Assembly (NCBI RefSeq): GCF_020745735.1
Contig: NC_083430.1
Coordinates: forward strand, 36,570,909 to 36,634,908
From: Hemiscyllium ocellatum
Taxonomy: Eukaryota
DNA: 64,000 bases
Reading direction: 5' to 3'
Shown: piece by piece, positions 1 to 11,829 of the stretch
Position numbering within the stretch: position 1 is the first letter of the stretch
Layout of the letters: every line of letters begins with the position of its first letter
The notes under the pieces: generated by a model
The model's input: the letters and a program-made list of their open reading frames with translations, nothing else
What the model was told of the DNA's origin: nothing
The model's database searches: none
Position numbers and translations under genes: made by a program

Positions 1-436
1 GCAGTGGGGTTACCCGTTGTATGACATGAACCCAAGGTCCCAGTTGAGACCATCCTCATGGGGACTGAACTTGGCTATCAGCCTCTGCTCGGCCTTTTTG
101 CATTGTTGCCTGTCCCGAAATCTGCCTTGGAAGATGGTCACCTGAAGGGTCCGAGGTGAAATATCCCAGATTGCTGAAGTGTTCCCTGGCTGGTGATTGT
201 TGTGCGGTGTCCATTCATCCCTTGCTATAGCCTCTGCTCTGTCTCACCATGCCTCAGGGCATCCTTGCCTGCAGCATATGAGATAGACCACATTGGCTGA
301 GTCACATGAGTACCTGCCGCGTACATGGTAGATGGTGTCCCCACATGTGCTGGTGGTATCTGTGTCGACACTCTAACACATCTTGCAGCGTCTGCTGTAA
401 CAGAGTTGTATGGTGTTGGCCTGAAGGCTGGGCAGT

Positions 437-928
437 TTGCTTGTTGCAGTGATTGTTCACAGCAAACTGCCCAGCTTCAGGACAACATCAACCACTACAC
501 CGTACAACCCCATCATAGCAATCACTGCAAGACATGTCAGTGTCGACACAGATACCAACATTACATGTGGGAACACCATCCACCATGTATACGGCAGGTA
601 TGCATGTGACTCAGCAAATGTGGCCTATCTCATATGCTGCAGGCAAGGATGCCCTGAGGCACAGTACATTGGCGAGATAGAGCAGAGGCTACGGCAATGG
701 ATGAATGGACACTGCGTAACAATCACCAGGCAGGAGTGTTCCCTCCCAGTCGGGGAATACCTCAGCAGTCAGGGACATTCGACCTCAGACCTTCAGGTGA
801 CCATCCTTCAAGGCGGACTTCAGGACAGGCAACAACGCAAAATGGCCAAGCAGAGGCTGATAGCCAAGTTCAGACCCCAAGAGGATGGCCTCAATTGGGG
901 CCTTGGGTTCATGTCACATTATATGTGA
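437..928 (+). pseudogene. Degenerate GIY-YIG endonuclease domain of a Penelope-like retroelement
   Basis: Translation YACDSANVAYLICCRQGCPEAQYIGEIEQRLRQWMNGH...GLN matches the PLE GIY-YIG pattern. No reverse transcriptase precedes it. Confidence 0.8.
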
Positions 929-959
929 CCCCACTGCACTATACGCTCTCACAACAAGC

Positions 960-1148
960 ATGCGCGCGCGTGCACACACACAGAAGCACACACTCGCGCA
1001 AACCCTCTCTCATACACCACCACCCCCACTTACACCTGCTCACAGACTTATATCCCATTACACTTTCACACACACACACACACACTCTCTCACAGACACT
1101 CTCACACCCACAGCCACACACTCAGTCTCCCCTGCACGCGCACACACA
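960..1148 (+). repeat. CA/CT-rich low-complexity tract within the PLE 3' region
   Basis: Imperfect (CA)n/(CT)n runs are directly visible. Confidence 0.85.
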
Positions 1149-1595
1149 AGTTTGTGGGGTGAATTTGTTCTTACAAAATCACATTTTATTTTGCTTATAA
1201 ACTGCATAAATCCATGTAAGATTCTGTAACTCCCACTTTAGAAATAGAATCAGTCTGACCTAATATTGGGACACAGACAAACTTCGATACATTATCTGAG
1301 CTGAAATGGCATCTATTTGTTAAAGCTATATTGAGAATGTAACTTTAAAAAAGTTCTGGGATTTACGTATGAAGGAACCAAAACTAACATGATCATTTTA
1401 AAACATGAAAGACTTAAGCCAAATTTGTTTAATATTACATTCAATGACACTGCAATCCTCTTGCTATAAATTCTGTGTCTTATGATTCTGTTCCACAACC
1501 ACCTGAAGAAGCATCGCTTAGAAAGCTAGTGATTCCAAATAAACCTGTTGGACTATAACCTGCTGTTGTGATTTTTAACCTTTTCCAAGCTACTA

Positions 1596-2985
1596 ATAGT
1601 TCAGAAGAAGGGTTACTGGGCCTAAAATGTGGACTCTGCTTTCTCTGCATAGATGATGCCAGACCTGAAGGATTTAGAGTCCTAGATTCATAGAGATGTA
1701 CAGCATGGAAACAGACACTTCAGGCCAAACCATCCACACCGACCAGATATCCCAACCCAATCTAGTCCCACCTGCCAGCACCCGGCCCATATCCCTCCAA
1801 ACCCTTCCTACTCATGTACCCATTGAAATACTTTTTAAATATTGCAATTGCACTAGCCTCCACCACTTCCTCTGGCAGCTCATTCCATACACGTACCACC
1901 CTCTGCATAAAAAAGTTGCCCCATAGATCTCTTTTATATCTTTCCCCCCTCACCCTAAACCTATGCCCTCTAGTTCTGGAGTCCCCGACCCCAGGGAAAA
2001 GACTTTGCCATTTACCCTATCCATGTCCCTCAATTTTGTAAACTACTATAAGGTCACCCCTCAGTCTAGGACACTTCAGGGAAAACAGCCCCAGCTTGTT
2101 CAGCCTCTCCCTGTAGCTCAAATCCTCCAATCCTGGCATTATCCTTGAATATCTTGTCTGAACCCTTTCAAGTTTCACAACATCTTCCTGATAGGAAGGA
2201 GACCAGAATTGCATGCAATATTCCAGCAGTAGTCCAACCAATGTCCTGTACAGCCGCAGCATGACCGCCCAACTCCTGTACTCAATACTATGACCAATAA
2301 AAGAAATAATACCAAATGCCTTCTTCACTATCCTATCTAGCTGCGACTCCACTTTCAAGGAGCTATGAACCTGCACTCCATGGTCTCTTTGTTCAGCAAC
2401 ACTCCCTAGGACCTTACCATTAAGTCCTGCTAAGATTTGCTTTCCCAAAATGGAGCACCTCGCATTTATCCGAATTAAACTCCATCTGCCACTTCTCAGC
2501 CCATTGGCCCATCTGGTCAAGATCCTGTTGTAATCTGAGGCAATCCTCTTCACTGTCCACTACATCTCCAACTTTGATGTCATCTGCAAACTTACTACTC
2601 TTATGCTTGCATCCAAATCATTTATGTAAATGACAAAAAGTCGAGGGCCCAGCACCGATCCTTGTGGCACTCCACTGGTCATAGGCCTCCAGTCTGAAAA
2701 ACAACCCTCCACCACCACCCTCTGTCTTCTACCTTTGAGCCAGTTCTGTATCCAAATGGCTAGTTCTCCCTGTATTCCATGAGACCTATCCTTGCTAATC
2801 AATCTTCCATGGGGAACCTTGTCGAACGTCTTACTGAAGTCCATATAGATCACATCTACCGCTCTCCCCTCAATCCTCTTTGTTACTTTCTCAAAAAACT
2901 CAATCATGTTTGTGAGACATGATTTCACATTTCTCCAGCAATTTCTTGTTTCAGATTTCCAACATTCACAGTTCTTATTTGTATT
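1596..2985 (+). mobile_element. Old PLE-terminus element split by a CR1 LINE insertion
   Basis: 1596-1670 (ttcagaagaagggttactgggcc...gatgccagacctg) resumes at ~2929 (ttctccagcaatttc...tcagatttccaacattcacagttc). The same string is contiguous in other copies (e.g. 28520-28575, 39528-39620). Confidence 0.6.
1675..2928 (-). mobile_element. 5'-truncated CR1-clade LINE (RT C-terminus plus 3' UTR)
   Basis: ORFs 2560..2928 ([46 protein letters not shown]), 2017..2553 and 1762..1953 are typical CR1 ORF2 segments with frameshifts. The 3' end has short ctatga-type repeats. Confidence 0.92.
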
Positions 2986-3678
2986 TTAATGACCAACTCC
3001 TACTCAGAGATAGAGACAGGATAGAGGAATTCAATCTTTATGAAAATCTGAGCACTCTCTAACTGAAATAACTGGAACTACAGTCACACAAGGAGAGGAG
3101 ATATTCATTGGGCTAAATACTAACCTCTCATCCAGCTTGAAAGTAACACAGATAGACCCTTTAATATAGACTCACCAACTGGCTCAACTCTGGAATACAA
3201 CTCAAAGCACAATGAATTAACATCTCCCTGAAATGACAGAGTGAGACAAAGTAGCTGAAAACACAGCACAGATCAGATTGAGAATGGAACAAAGGAGGTA
3301 CAAGTGGAGAACCATCCAGTTGCATGACAGTTTGGAACTCAGAAGACCTGGGTGACAGCTCATTTCCCCACCTATTGATTCAGCTTATCTTGTGTTTGTT
3401 GTTATTTTTACTCAATTCTCTTTCCAATGTTCAACCTTTCAGACATTCCATTGCATTCCGGATCACAGCAACTTGCTAATTTTAAACAAAGTCCTCAGGT
3501 TGTCTGGACAATGTCTCGGGTTGGCTGCTATTATTTCAAAAACCTGGAGGTAGAGAGTCTGGGGATTTCTGAGACGGAGCTCGGTCGGTGGTGATTTTAT
3601 CCAAAGCCCTCCTGTTATGTCTCATGTTCATGAAAGCAATGATGTGAACAGCAGAAGCCATGATTTAACCCACTTTAC

Positions 3679-3771
3679 CTTGAGGATTTCCTGGCACTCC
3701 TTGTTTGCCAAACCACCAACATTCGGAAGATCTGAAGGTCTGAAGGACTCCTCACCCACGAATGGAATTAA
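3679..3771 (-). CDS. MED30: MED30-like coding exon 3 (LIPFVGEESFRPSDLPNVGGLANKECQEILK)
   Basis: Acceptor tttccgtag| and donor AAG|gtaaag; 93 nt, phase 0-0. Resembles MED30 QLIPYVEED...ERREIAE. The gene is probably a paralog rather than the ortholog, and its final exon was not found in the window. Confidence 0.8.
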
Positions 3772-4349
3772 CTACGGAAAGTATAGAAAGCAGACTTTGT
3801 AAAGGAACACAAGAACAGAGGCCATTTAGCTCAAATCTGCTACCCCATCTATTGAGAACACCGATCTGTAACTTCACATTCCTAAATTCCCTAACCTAAC
3901 AAAATAAAATTCAATATAGTCTTGCAAGTTTCATCTGACCACAACCTTCCAGAGCATTTTGCAAGAGATTTTCAAATTCCATTATATTTATTGTATCAAA
4001 CCATGCTCCTGACATCACCTAACATTAAGGCTACATCCTCTTATTCTGTATTCCCTCAGCAGAGAAAATAGTTTGAACGTATCTACTCAGTTAAATTCTG
4101 ATCATTTTAATCACCTCAATTAGATCCTCAACTTCTAAACCATAGAAATACAGATCAGGTTTATGAATATAGCATCCCTTTGAGCCCTGCTACTATTCTG
4201 CAATATCTGATATATCCCCTTCCATTTGGCTGACCAACACCTGCCCTTCCTTCAGCATTGTTAACATCTGGTTAATCGCACCACTCAGTTTAATATGTTT
4301 AAAGTTACAAGGAGACAGGTGGCGAGTGCTATTAAATCTGAGCACTTAA

Positions 4350-4460
4350 GAGCTCCTGTGGTGCATTGTTAGTGTCCCCTACCTCTAATCTGGGAGGCCC
4401 AGGTTCAAGTCACACATGCTCCAGATGCATGCCATTACATCTCTGAACAGATTGAAATCC
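4350..4460 (+). mobile_element. Short tRNA-derived SINE-like repeat (related copies at ~6510-6605 and ~9505-9600)
   Basis: A-box-like tggtgcattgttag and B-box ggttcaagtc, followed by a shared tail (catctctgaacag). It recurs in the window. Confidence 0.55.
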
Positions 4461-4702
4461 ATAAGGGAGCAACTATAACCCTGGGTGGTGGGAGGAACTG
4501 TGAGACTGAATAGTTAAACTACACCCTGTTTTGGAATTTTAGTCTTACCGACTGGTCCAGATTGACAAGTAATCATTCATTTTAAAACTGAAAAGAGGGT
4601 GCGGCCCATTAACTCCAGACTTCATTTCAATTTCCTCGGCCTATTGTTTGCACTGAAAAGTGAGCCTTTTCGAAAGAAAGCAGTGTGTTTGTTGCTAGCT
4701 AC

Positions 4703-4861
4703 CTCTGTAACAGAGACATCAGAGACTCCACACATCTCTCCACACTTATCATATAACAACCGCAGTTTCTTGAAGAGCAGGGTAAGCTGACGTAGGTGCT
4801 CCTGCAGTTTGTTGTACCGCTCCTGATATACCACATGATTCTGTGTGACTCCATTTGGAAG
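4703..4861 (-). CDS. MED30: MED30-like coding exon 2 (LPNGVTQNHVVYQERYNKLQEHLRQLTLLFKKLRLLYDKCGEMCGVSDVSVTE)
   Basis: Acceptor ttttttaatgcag| and donor GAG|gtagct; 159 nt. Clear similarity to MED30 LPNGVT...KLQDNLRQLSVLFRKLRLVYDKC. Confidence 0.93.
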
Positions 4862-7800
4862 CTGCATTAAAAAACAAGTAGTAAGTTACAGATTCGGTAC
4901 AGGGAGAACTTAAAATTCCCAACATGCAAACATGCCCTTCCAATCACAGTGACTCAATGCCACCTTTAATCTTTCTCTCAAATACTCTCCTCTTGCGTCT
5001 TTCTTTTAACAGCTAGAAACATTAATGAGAGCTCAAAATCATGATAGCACTTCACACAGTAAGCAGAGAAATTGGTTCCTCCAACTGAGTCAGCGATCTG
5101 CGTAGAAAAATTTTAGGTAAGTAGCAAAAGATGCAGAGACAAGATTATAAAAAGCAGTGGATTACTGTATTCGGTCATATTCCTGCAGCAGGGCTGAATG
5201 CATATCAAATTGCACTTTTCAAATATTTATCTAATACCCTGTTAAAAAGGAAAAAAATTAGAGGCACCAGCACCTCCATATTCCTTTAATGACACCTTGG
5301 GGCACTGTCCTGCATTGAGGTTTTTCTTGGAAGTATGCAAGAGACATTTCACATGACCTCTCAATTAGCCCAGTTTAATGTATGCTGGAGGGGATGGGTT
5401 TATTTTAATTCCTTTAATTAGTGACCAAGTCCATTCACAGCAGAGTATCGACAGCATCCCTGCTGTAGAGTTAATTAAGTCACACATGCTCCAAATGCGT
5501 GTCATAACATCTCTGAACAGGTTGAAGTACATAGGGAGGAACGATAACCCTGAGTGGTGGGAGGAACTGTGAGACTGAGTAGTTAAACTCCACCCTGTAT
5601 TGGAATAATAAATCTGCCAAGCTCAAAAGCAGATATGGAGATCTCAGGGATTTCATTACAGCAGGTCAGGAAATCTCAGCTAGTTTGCACTGGCCCAGGA
5701 GCAAACACAGTGCAGATTCACAGCAATAATACCAATGCTAAAAGAGTGAAATGCTGACCATTATATTCCCTCAAACGCAGAAGAATAGGGGATTGTCCAA
5801 GGATGGCCATTTAAGAAAATTGACATGAGAGAGCGAGAGCGAAACTATTTTCTCTAGTGGGATAATCCTGAGAGAAAAAAAAGAGTTTCATCTTAAAAAT
5901 TCAAGCTAAACCATTTGGGATGCTGTCAGGAAACATTTCTTCAAACAAAGGATAGTGGAAATCTGGAATACTAAAAAGCCAATGAGGTCGAGGTTGGTTC
6001 AAAACTTCATACACAAAAAATCAATAGGTTTTTGTTCATTAATGCTGTGGAAGATGGAGTGGCAATGCAGAACAGTCACAATCTCGGTGCGTGACAGTGC
6101 AGGCTCGAGTAATTGAATTGCATAATCCTGTCCCTATATTGTGAAAACATTGTCAACTCTGGTCTGCACAAAGGTGTAGGTGAGGCCATTCATTCATTCA
6201 CAGCATGTTAGACGTCCAGTAGTTCTGTTTCTTCTAAAACTTCTGAAATGCAAAATCTGTTATTACATCAGAAAGCACAAGGTCTACATGTAAGTGGTGG
6301 CTCAGATCTTTCCTTGGGGGGGGGATGGGCAGGTCACCTGCCCTATGTTACATGAGTTCCGGCGCCATTCAATTCAACAGGTTTTGGCTCCATCTTTTAG
6401 AAGTGTGAGCTGAAAAATAAAGATGGTTAGAGCAAAGCAATATTGAGAACTTTGATTGATGGAACCAATCATGTCTCTCATTAAACAGTGGAATTAAAGA
6501 CAGGAACAACAGAGGGTACGTGTGGCACAATGGCAGTGTGGGTTCAAGTCCCACCTGTTCCAGAGGTGTTGTAGTATCATCTCTAAACAGGTCGATTAGA
6601 AAATATCTAGAGGAATAACAGAAGGAAATATAATGAATGAGAATCAAATCAAATAGAAAGGGAGAGAAAGAAAGTTGTCAAGAGGGAGGTACGAGATTGT
6701 TAAATTTGAACATTAAATTACAATTGACCAGCTGCAGTAATGAGAGTTTGTGATTCTAGTTGTGCCCTTTCTCAACTGGAGGGCTTGAGGGACGTCACTT
6801 TTTCTGATTTTGAGAATCTTTACAATGTTATGTACCAGCTCTAACTTTGTGAGGTGTTCGGTGACTAATTAATGTGAAAATGCAGCTCATAATTTGAGAA
6901 TCACTAGGGGGCGGTGGTGATGAGGGAAAGATACTTTGATCTTGAAGCTAAAGGCAGAAGGGGACAAAACATCTAGCAACTTGTGATGATTAGCAGCTCA
7001 AGGGATATCTCATCCTCTAAATAAGTGATCAACTAACAAGTGAACAAGAGAGAGTGCCTTTAAGCTAACTTAGTTCCCCAATTCTGTGCTCTTATTTCAG
7101 CTTCCAGTGGCTGTGCTTTCTAATATAACGATACTTGATACAATTAATTGCAACTTACACTGACCAGAAGTGAGTGCTGGGACAGATCGGAATGGAACCA
7201 AGCAAGATGTGCACAGAGGAGATAGCGGAAGAGGATTCAGTTGTAACGAGGAAACCTGGTTGTATTGAAGGAAAACAGCTGGCAAGTGACTTGATAGAGG
7301 CAAGGAAGAACGTATGGGATGGAAGTTCTGTGCCTCAAACATTGCTTCGAATTTTAGATCAATGGGTTACAAATTAAAACTCATTGAAGGCAATTTTAAA
7401 AGTGAATTACGAATTGCCTCTCATTCTCAAGGTCAACATGCAAAAGAATTGCTGGACGGGATTTTGGAGTCAAAAAACTAAGTAATTAAATGCTTGGAAG
7501 GAAAGGGTGTAGGGGGAGCAGTGTGCAAGTTCTAGCCAATTGGCTGAACTGGATTCATAAATCTTAAACACTCAATATTTGAAAAGCCTGTTTCTGTGCT
7601 GCACACTAACAGGAAATCTGCCTATTCCCCAGAGTACTAAATCCGAAAGAGTCACATTTGACTCAAAACAGGAAGCCATTCTTTCTCCATGGATATTACC
7701 AGACCTGCTGCGTTTCTCCAGCGTTTAGCTTTTATTTCAAGTCTCCAGAATCCACGGAATTTTATTTATTGTTTTCAAAATCTTTATCCTACTCCCATTA

Positions 7801-7939
7801 AAAGTAATTCGCAGGATGTGCTCTGTAAATTGCTCCCGTTTCCACCAACTCAAAGTGGCTCAGTATATAGCAACTGCGACATCTCCTGGTCAAAATCTCA
7901 GACTGCAACTCGACAGGAAACAGCCGGATGTTTTATAAA

Positions 7940-8580
7940 AACCGAAAGAACGGCAGATGCTGTACATCAGAAACAAAAGCAGAAATTAAAGGGAGAGTGC
8001 AGCAGGTCTGGCAGCATCTGAGCAGAGAAATCAAGAGTTAACATTTTAAGTCCAGTGGCATTTCCTCAAAACTGGTGGTAGCTAGGAAAATGTCGGTTTA
8101 TATGGGGGGGGGGGGGGGGAGAGTGGGGAAAGAGGGCCAGGAGTAAACAATAGATGGGGAGAGAACCCAAAGAGAGAGAGAGGAACAGTTAGACAGACAA
8201 AGGAGTAGATAATGATCTGGCAAGGAGGGTGAATAGCTGTTAATGGAGATTGATAATGGCTAACAGTGGGTACTGTGTGATAACAAAGCCTGGTGTGTGG
8301 AGATAGGGGCTAGGACATGGGAGGGTTCAAGCCCTAAAGTTATTGAATGCAATATTGAGTCCAGAGGGCTGCAGGGTCCCCAACTTATGAAGAGCTTCGC
8401 TGGAGCACTGCAGCAAGCCTGAGACAGAGATGTCGGCCAGGGAACAGCGTGGGGTGTTGAAGCAGCAGGCAACTGGAAGCTCAGCCTCATTTTCGAGGGC
8501 AGAAAGGAAGTGTTCTGTGAAGCAGTTACTTAGTCTGTGCTTCATTTCCCCAATGTAGAGGAGACCACGTTGTGAGTGGT
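7940..8580 (-). mobile_element. PLE 3' fragment (terminus plus degenerate GIY-YIG C-terminus)
   Basis: The terminus matches other PLE ends in the window. Minus-strand ORFs contain LPVACCFN...LGTLQPSGLNIAFNNF, similar to the PLE endonuclease C-terminus. Confidence 0.7.
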
Positions 8581-9739
8581 TTGTTTTTATTTATCATTGC
8601 ACTTGATCATTTTGGAATTTTCCTGGGTCACACAGGTCATTTGCAATGCTAAATAACAGTATCAGCTTGCCAAAATACTGGAAACACATCAGCAAAGACC
8701 ATGAGGGCGAGTGAATTCACTGGATCCTTGAAAGGAAAATTGGAGTTTGGCTATCAGCCATGCTCAACAGTCATATCTCATTAAATAATGAAAGAAACCT
8801 CACTACAACGTTTTCATCACAAAGACGGTCAGCTTCCACCTTCATAATATCACTCATCTCCAGCCCCTACCTTAGTTCACCTGTTGTGGAAATTATACCC
8901 TTTATAAAAGGTCAGCCCATCCAAAGCTCTGCTGACCGACAGCCTTCTTCCTGAACTGCAATGGCTCAGACAACTTTAGTATCTTTAATTTTTCATTCTT
9001 ACACTGAGATTTAAATAGACCCAGACAAAAGGAGGGGAACCCCAATGAAGCTGGTTTGGGAACTATAGACCCAAAGTCTCTTTGCCATCCAAGCACACTA
9101 CTTTTAATATGTCTGAAATTGCTTACATCCTGTTTCTCAAACATGTTACTTTCAGAAAGAAATCTAAGCGAACCAATATTAACTGCTTCTGCCATTTCCT
9201 AGTCAATCTTTTTCACAAATTGTCTACAAACTTCACCTGCCTCAAGCACAAACCATGTCCTTTGGCTCGACTCTCTGACCAATGGGTAAACGGCTCTTCA
9301 TAGTTTACAATATTTGGATCCCTGTGGTTTGTATGGCTCAGTCACTGTACCATTATGAGAACTTATTTCATGTCAGATGTAAACAGACTGGTTACATGTT
9401 TCCTTTTTTAAAACTTGCAGGCAGGCAAACAGAACTGGTGCTTGTGGCTTTCAACAGGAAACACTAACAGAGCTCAAATCTCATACAGTTAATAAAGCCT
9501 AAAGCCGTCTTGTGGCAAAGTGGTAGTGTCCCTACCCCAGAACGGGAGGCACAGGTTCAAGTCCCACAAACTCAAGTGATGTGTACTAACATCTCGGACA
9601 GTGAAGGAACGGCAATGTATTTCGAAGCCAGAATGATGTGCCCCTTGAAGGGGAACTTGCAAGTGTCCTTGTCCTAGTTAACTGAGGTCAAAGGTGCTGT
9701 TGAAGATGCCTTGGTGAATTGCTGCGCTGCAGTAAAGTA

Positions 9740-10012
9740 TCTGTGTGGTGTTGACACGTTCTCAGTGTCTGTGTGGGTTTCCTCAAGGTGCTCCAGTTCC
9801 CTCCTACAATCCAAACACGTGCAAGTTAGGTGGATTGTCCATGCTAAATTGCCCTGTAGTGTCCGGAGATGTTCAGAATAGTTGGATCAGCCGTGGTAAA
9901 TGTGAGGTGACAGGGATAGAATAGGGGGTTGGGTCTGTCTGCAACGCCCTTCATGAAGTCAGTGCAGATTCGATGGGCTGAATGGCTTCTTTCTGCACTG
10001 TAAGGATTCTAG
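9740..10012 (+). mobile_element. Degenerate V-domain (HE1-like) SINE
   Basis: Contains gtgtgggtttcctc..gtgctcc..ttcc.tcc.acaatccaaa..gtgca.gttagg, shared with the intact copy at 43924. Confidence 0.75.
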
Positions 10013-10256
10013 GATATTGTAGATGATCTGGGAGCTGGTGAAAAGCACTATGTGAATGCAAGTCTTTTCTTCCTGAAATGAGTGGACAAGCCTGCTGTGA
10101 CAACAAAGAATGTCTTTCATGCTCTCTCTGCCTAACTTATGCTGTAATTTAACTGAAAGTCATTGGTGCAGATGTTTTGTACCTGAATTCAACGGTGTCC
10201 TATCGCTCAATACAACAACGAGCAGTACATTAAGGAAGGAGGGAGAAGGCAGTCAC

Positions 10257-10451
10257 CTGCGTTGCCCGGAGCAAGTGGAAGATGTCCATTGTACGTGCCA
10301 CAATGTCCTGAACAGTCTCCTGGCCGACTTTGCAGAGGGTGACACATGTGATCTCACGCACGGCACTCGGTGGTTGCTGTGGGGGGACTGGCGCTGCAGT
10401 CTGAGAGTGTAGGCCAGGGACCCTTGGCCCAGCACCCGGTAGCGCTGTCAT
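10257..10451 (-). CDS. MED30: MED30-like first coding exon (MTALPG...AVREITCVTLCKVGQETVQDIVARTMDIFHLLRATQ)
   Basis: ATG at 10451, donor CAG|gtgact, 195 nt. The motif LC(K/R)xGQETVQDIVxRTM(D/E)IFxLLR is the MED30 N-terminal signature. A splice acceptor (tgtttctctgcag|) lies at 10465, just upstream of the ATG. Confidence 0.93.
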
Positions 10452-11289
10452 GACCTAAGGCAACCCTGCAGAGAAACAAACAAGGAGAGACAAGTATGTA
10501 AATGATTCCTTGAAGGGGTTTGGAGTTTAGAAAGTGCAAGTTGATCAGATCAAGGTGTTTTAAATGATTCAATGACTTGACACACAACAGCAGTTCTAGA
10601 TGGAACCCTAGAAACAAGGGGCTAGCCTGTTCAAAAGCAACTTACATTTATATGAAACATCTTCAACACCATAAAATTTCCCAAAGCAATTCAAAAGAAT
10701 GTGATCCAACAAAAAATTGATACCAAGCCACAGGAGGAAAATTTGGGTCAGGTGACCAAAAGCTCAGTAAAATGACGGAATATATGGAGCATTCCAAAAG
10801 CAAAAAAGGTAGATACAGGAAGGTTCGAGGAACTCTGGGACTAGGAACCAAGCATCTGAGGCACAGCTGCCAATGGTAAAATATCGTAACTGGAGAAGCA
10901 GAGAGATCGCTGTGGAGGAAGACACGGCAAAATCAATACTTTTTCTCTCCCCCAAAGAGGTAGAAAGAATTGTGGAACTCTGATTCCTAAAGTCTGTGAA
11001 TTCCATGAGCCATGGGAACTTGCACAAAATCCATACATATTTTTTGGGTAAGGGCAGCGAGAGATTTCAAACAAAGAATGGTCCATCATTTAAAGGAACA
11101 GATTAGCTATAATCTACTGATGATAGCAACTTCTATGCAATATCTTGTTACAGTAGCTTGTGAGAAGATTACCCATCCTTCCAGCTAGACAAAGATTTCA
11201 ATCATGAATAGAAATTAATATAGACAAAGAAAATAAACAGTATAAGAATAACCTCCTTAAGGAAAAGCACCTATTTTACAGACAGCCAC

Positions 11290-11702
11290 TGTTCAGTTAG
11301 TTGCACCCACCTCAGTCAGAAGGTCCAACACTTATTCCAGGAATTGGTGCAGAGAAATCCCTGCTGGCATTTCACTGCAGGACTGATGGAATGTTGCACT
11401 GTCAGAGGTGTTTATTTTTATGTAAGACATGAAACCAAGGTTCTGTCAACCTCCTTAGCTGGATGTAAAAGCTCCCATGACACTACTTTGAAGACAAGTG
11501 GGGAGGTCTGCCTGGTATTCCAGCTGATATTTATTCTTCCACTAACACCAATACTAATAATAGTAAATTATCTGGACGTTATCTCAATCTGCTAAGAACA
11601 AAGTGGTTGCTGTTTCCTTCATCACACAGAGACCAAACTTCAAAAGCACTTGGGTGACAACAGATCACAAATGTGCTATTCGATGCAACTCTTTCTTCTT
11701 TT
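11290..11702 (+). mobile_element. Deu-domain SINE (SacSINE1/AmnSINE-like), old copy
   Basis: Contains tgcactgtcagaggtg...aaaagctcccatgacactactttgaag...attatctggacgttatc...cttcaaaag...tgcaactctttc. Related copies lie at 17880-18200(-), 26250-26870, 30720-30930, 38650-38810, 45520-45910(-) and 50690-51100. Confidence 0.6.
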
Positions 11703-11829
11703 GATTCACAATTAGCTTTAGATTTAAATCAGCAAAAGCCTGCACATAGCAATAAAATGAAATCTTTCTCATTGTACAAGGATGCATATCCACAGGTGCT
11801 TCCATAGTAAAGATGCTATGGAGCTTTAG

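Larger units (their letters stand above)
1..1582. mobile_element. Penelope-like element (GIY-YIG endonuclease end) in head-to-head inverted arrangement; left arm cut by window edge
   Basis: Bases 1-~440 are the reverse complement of ~461-940 (e.g. ctgaaggctgggcagtttgct / agcaaactgcccagcttcag at the centre). ORF 437..928 has a GIY-YIG-like motif (NVAYLICC...YIGE...RLRQ...H...GLN). It is followed by a CA-rich tract and a terminus with a degenerate hammerhead core at ~1499-1531. Confidence 0.85.

Noticed and set aside
6670-7400. Possible additional coding or retroelement remnant
   Set aside because: No recognisable motif or splice-consistent frame could be supported by eye.
8104-8119. Poly-G run as a functional G-quadruplex
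   Set aside because: It lies within the purine-rich part of a PLE fragment, homopolymer length is unreliable, and there is no supporting context.
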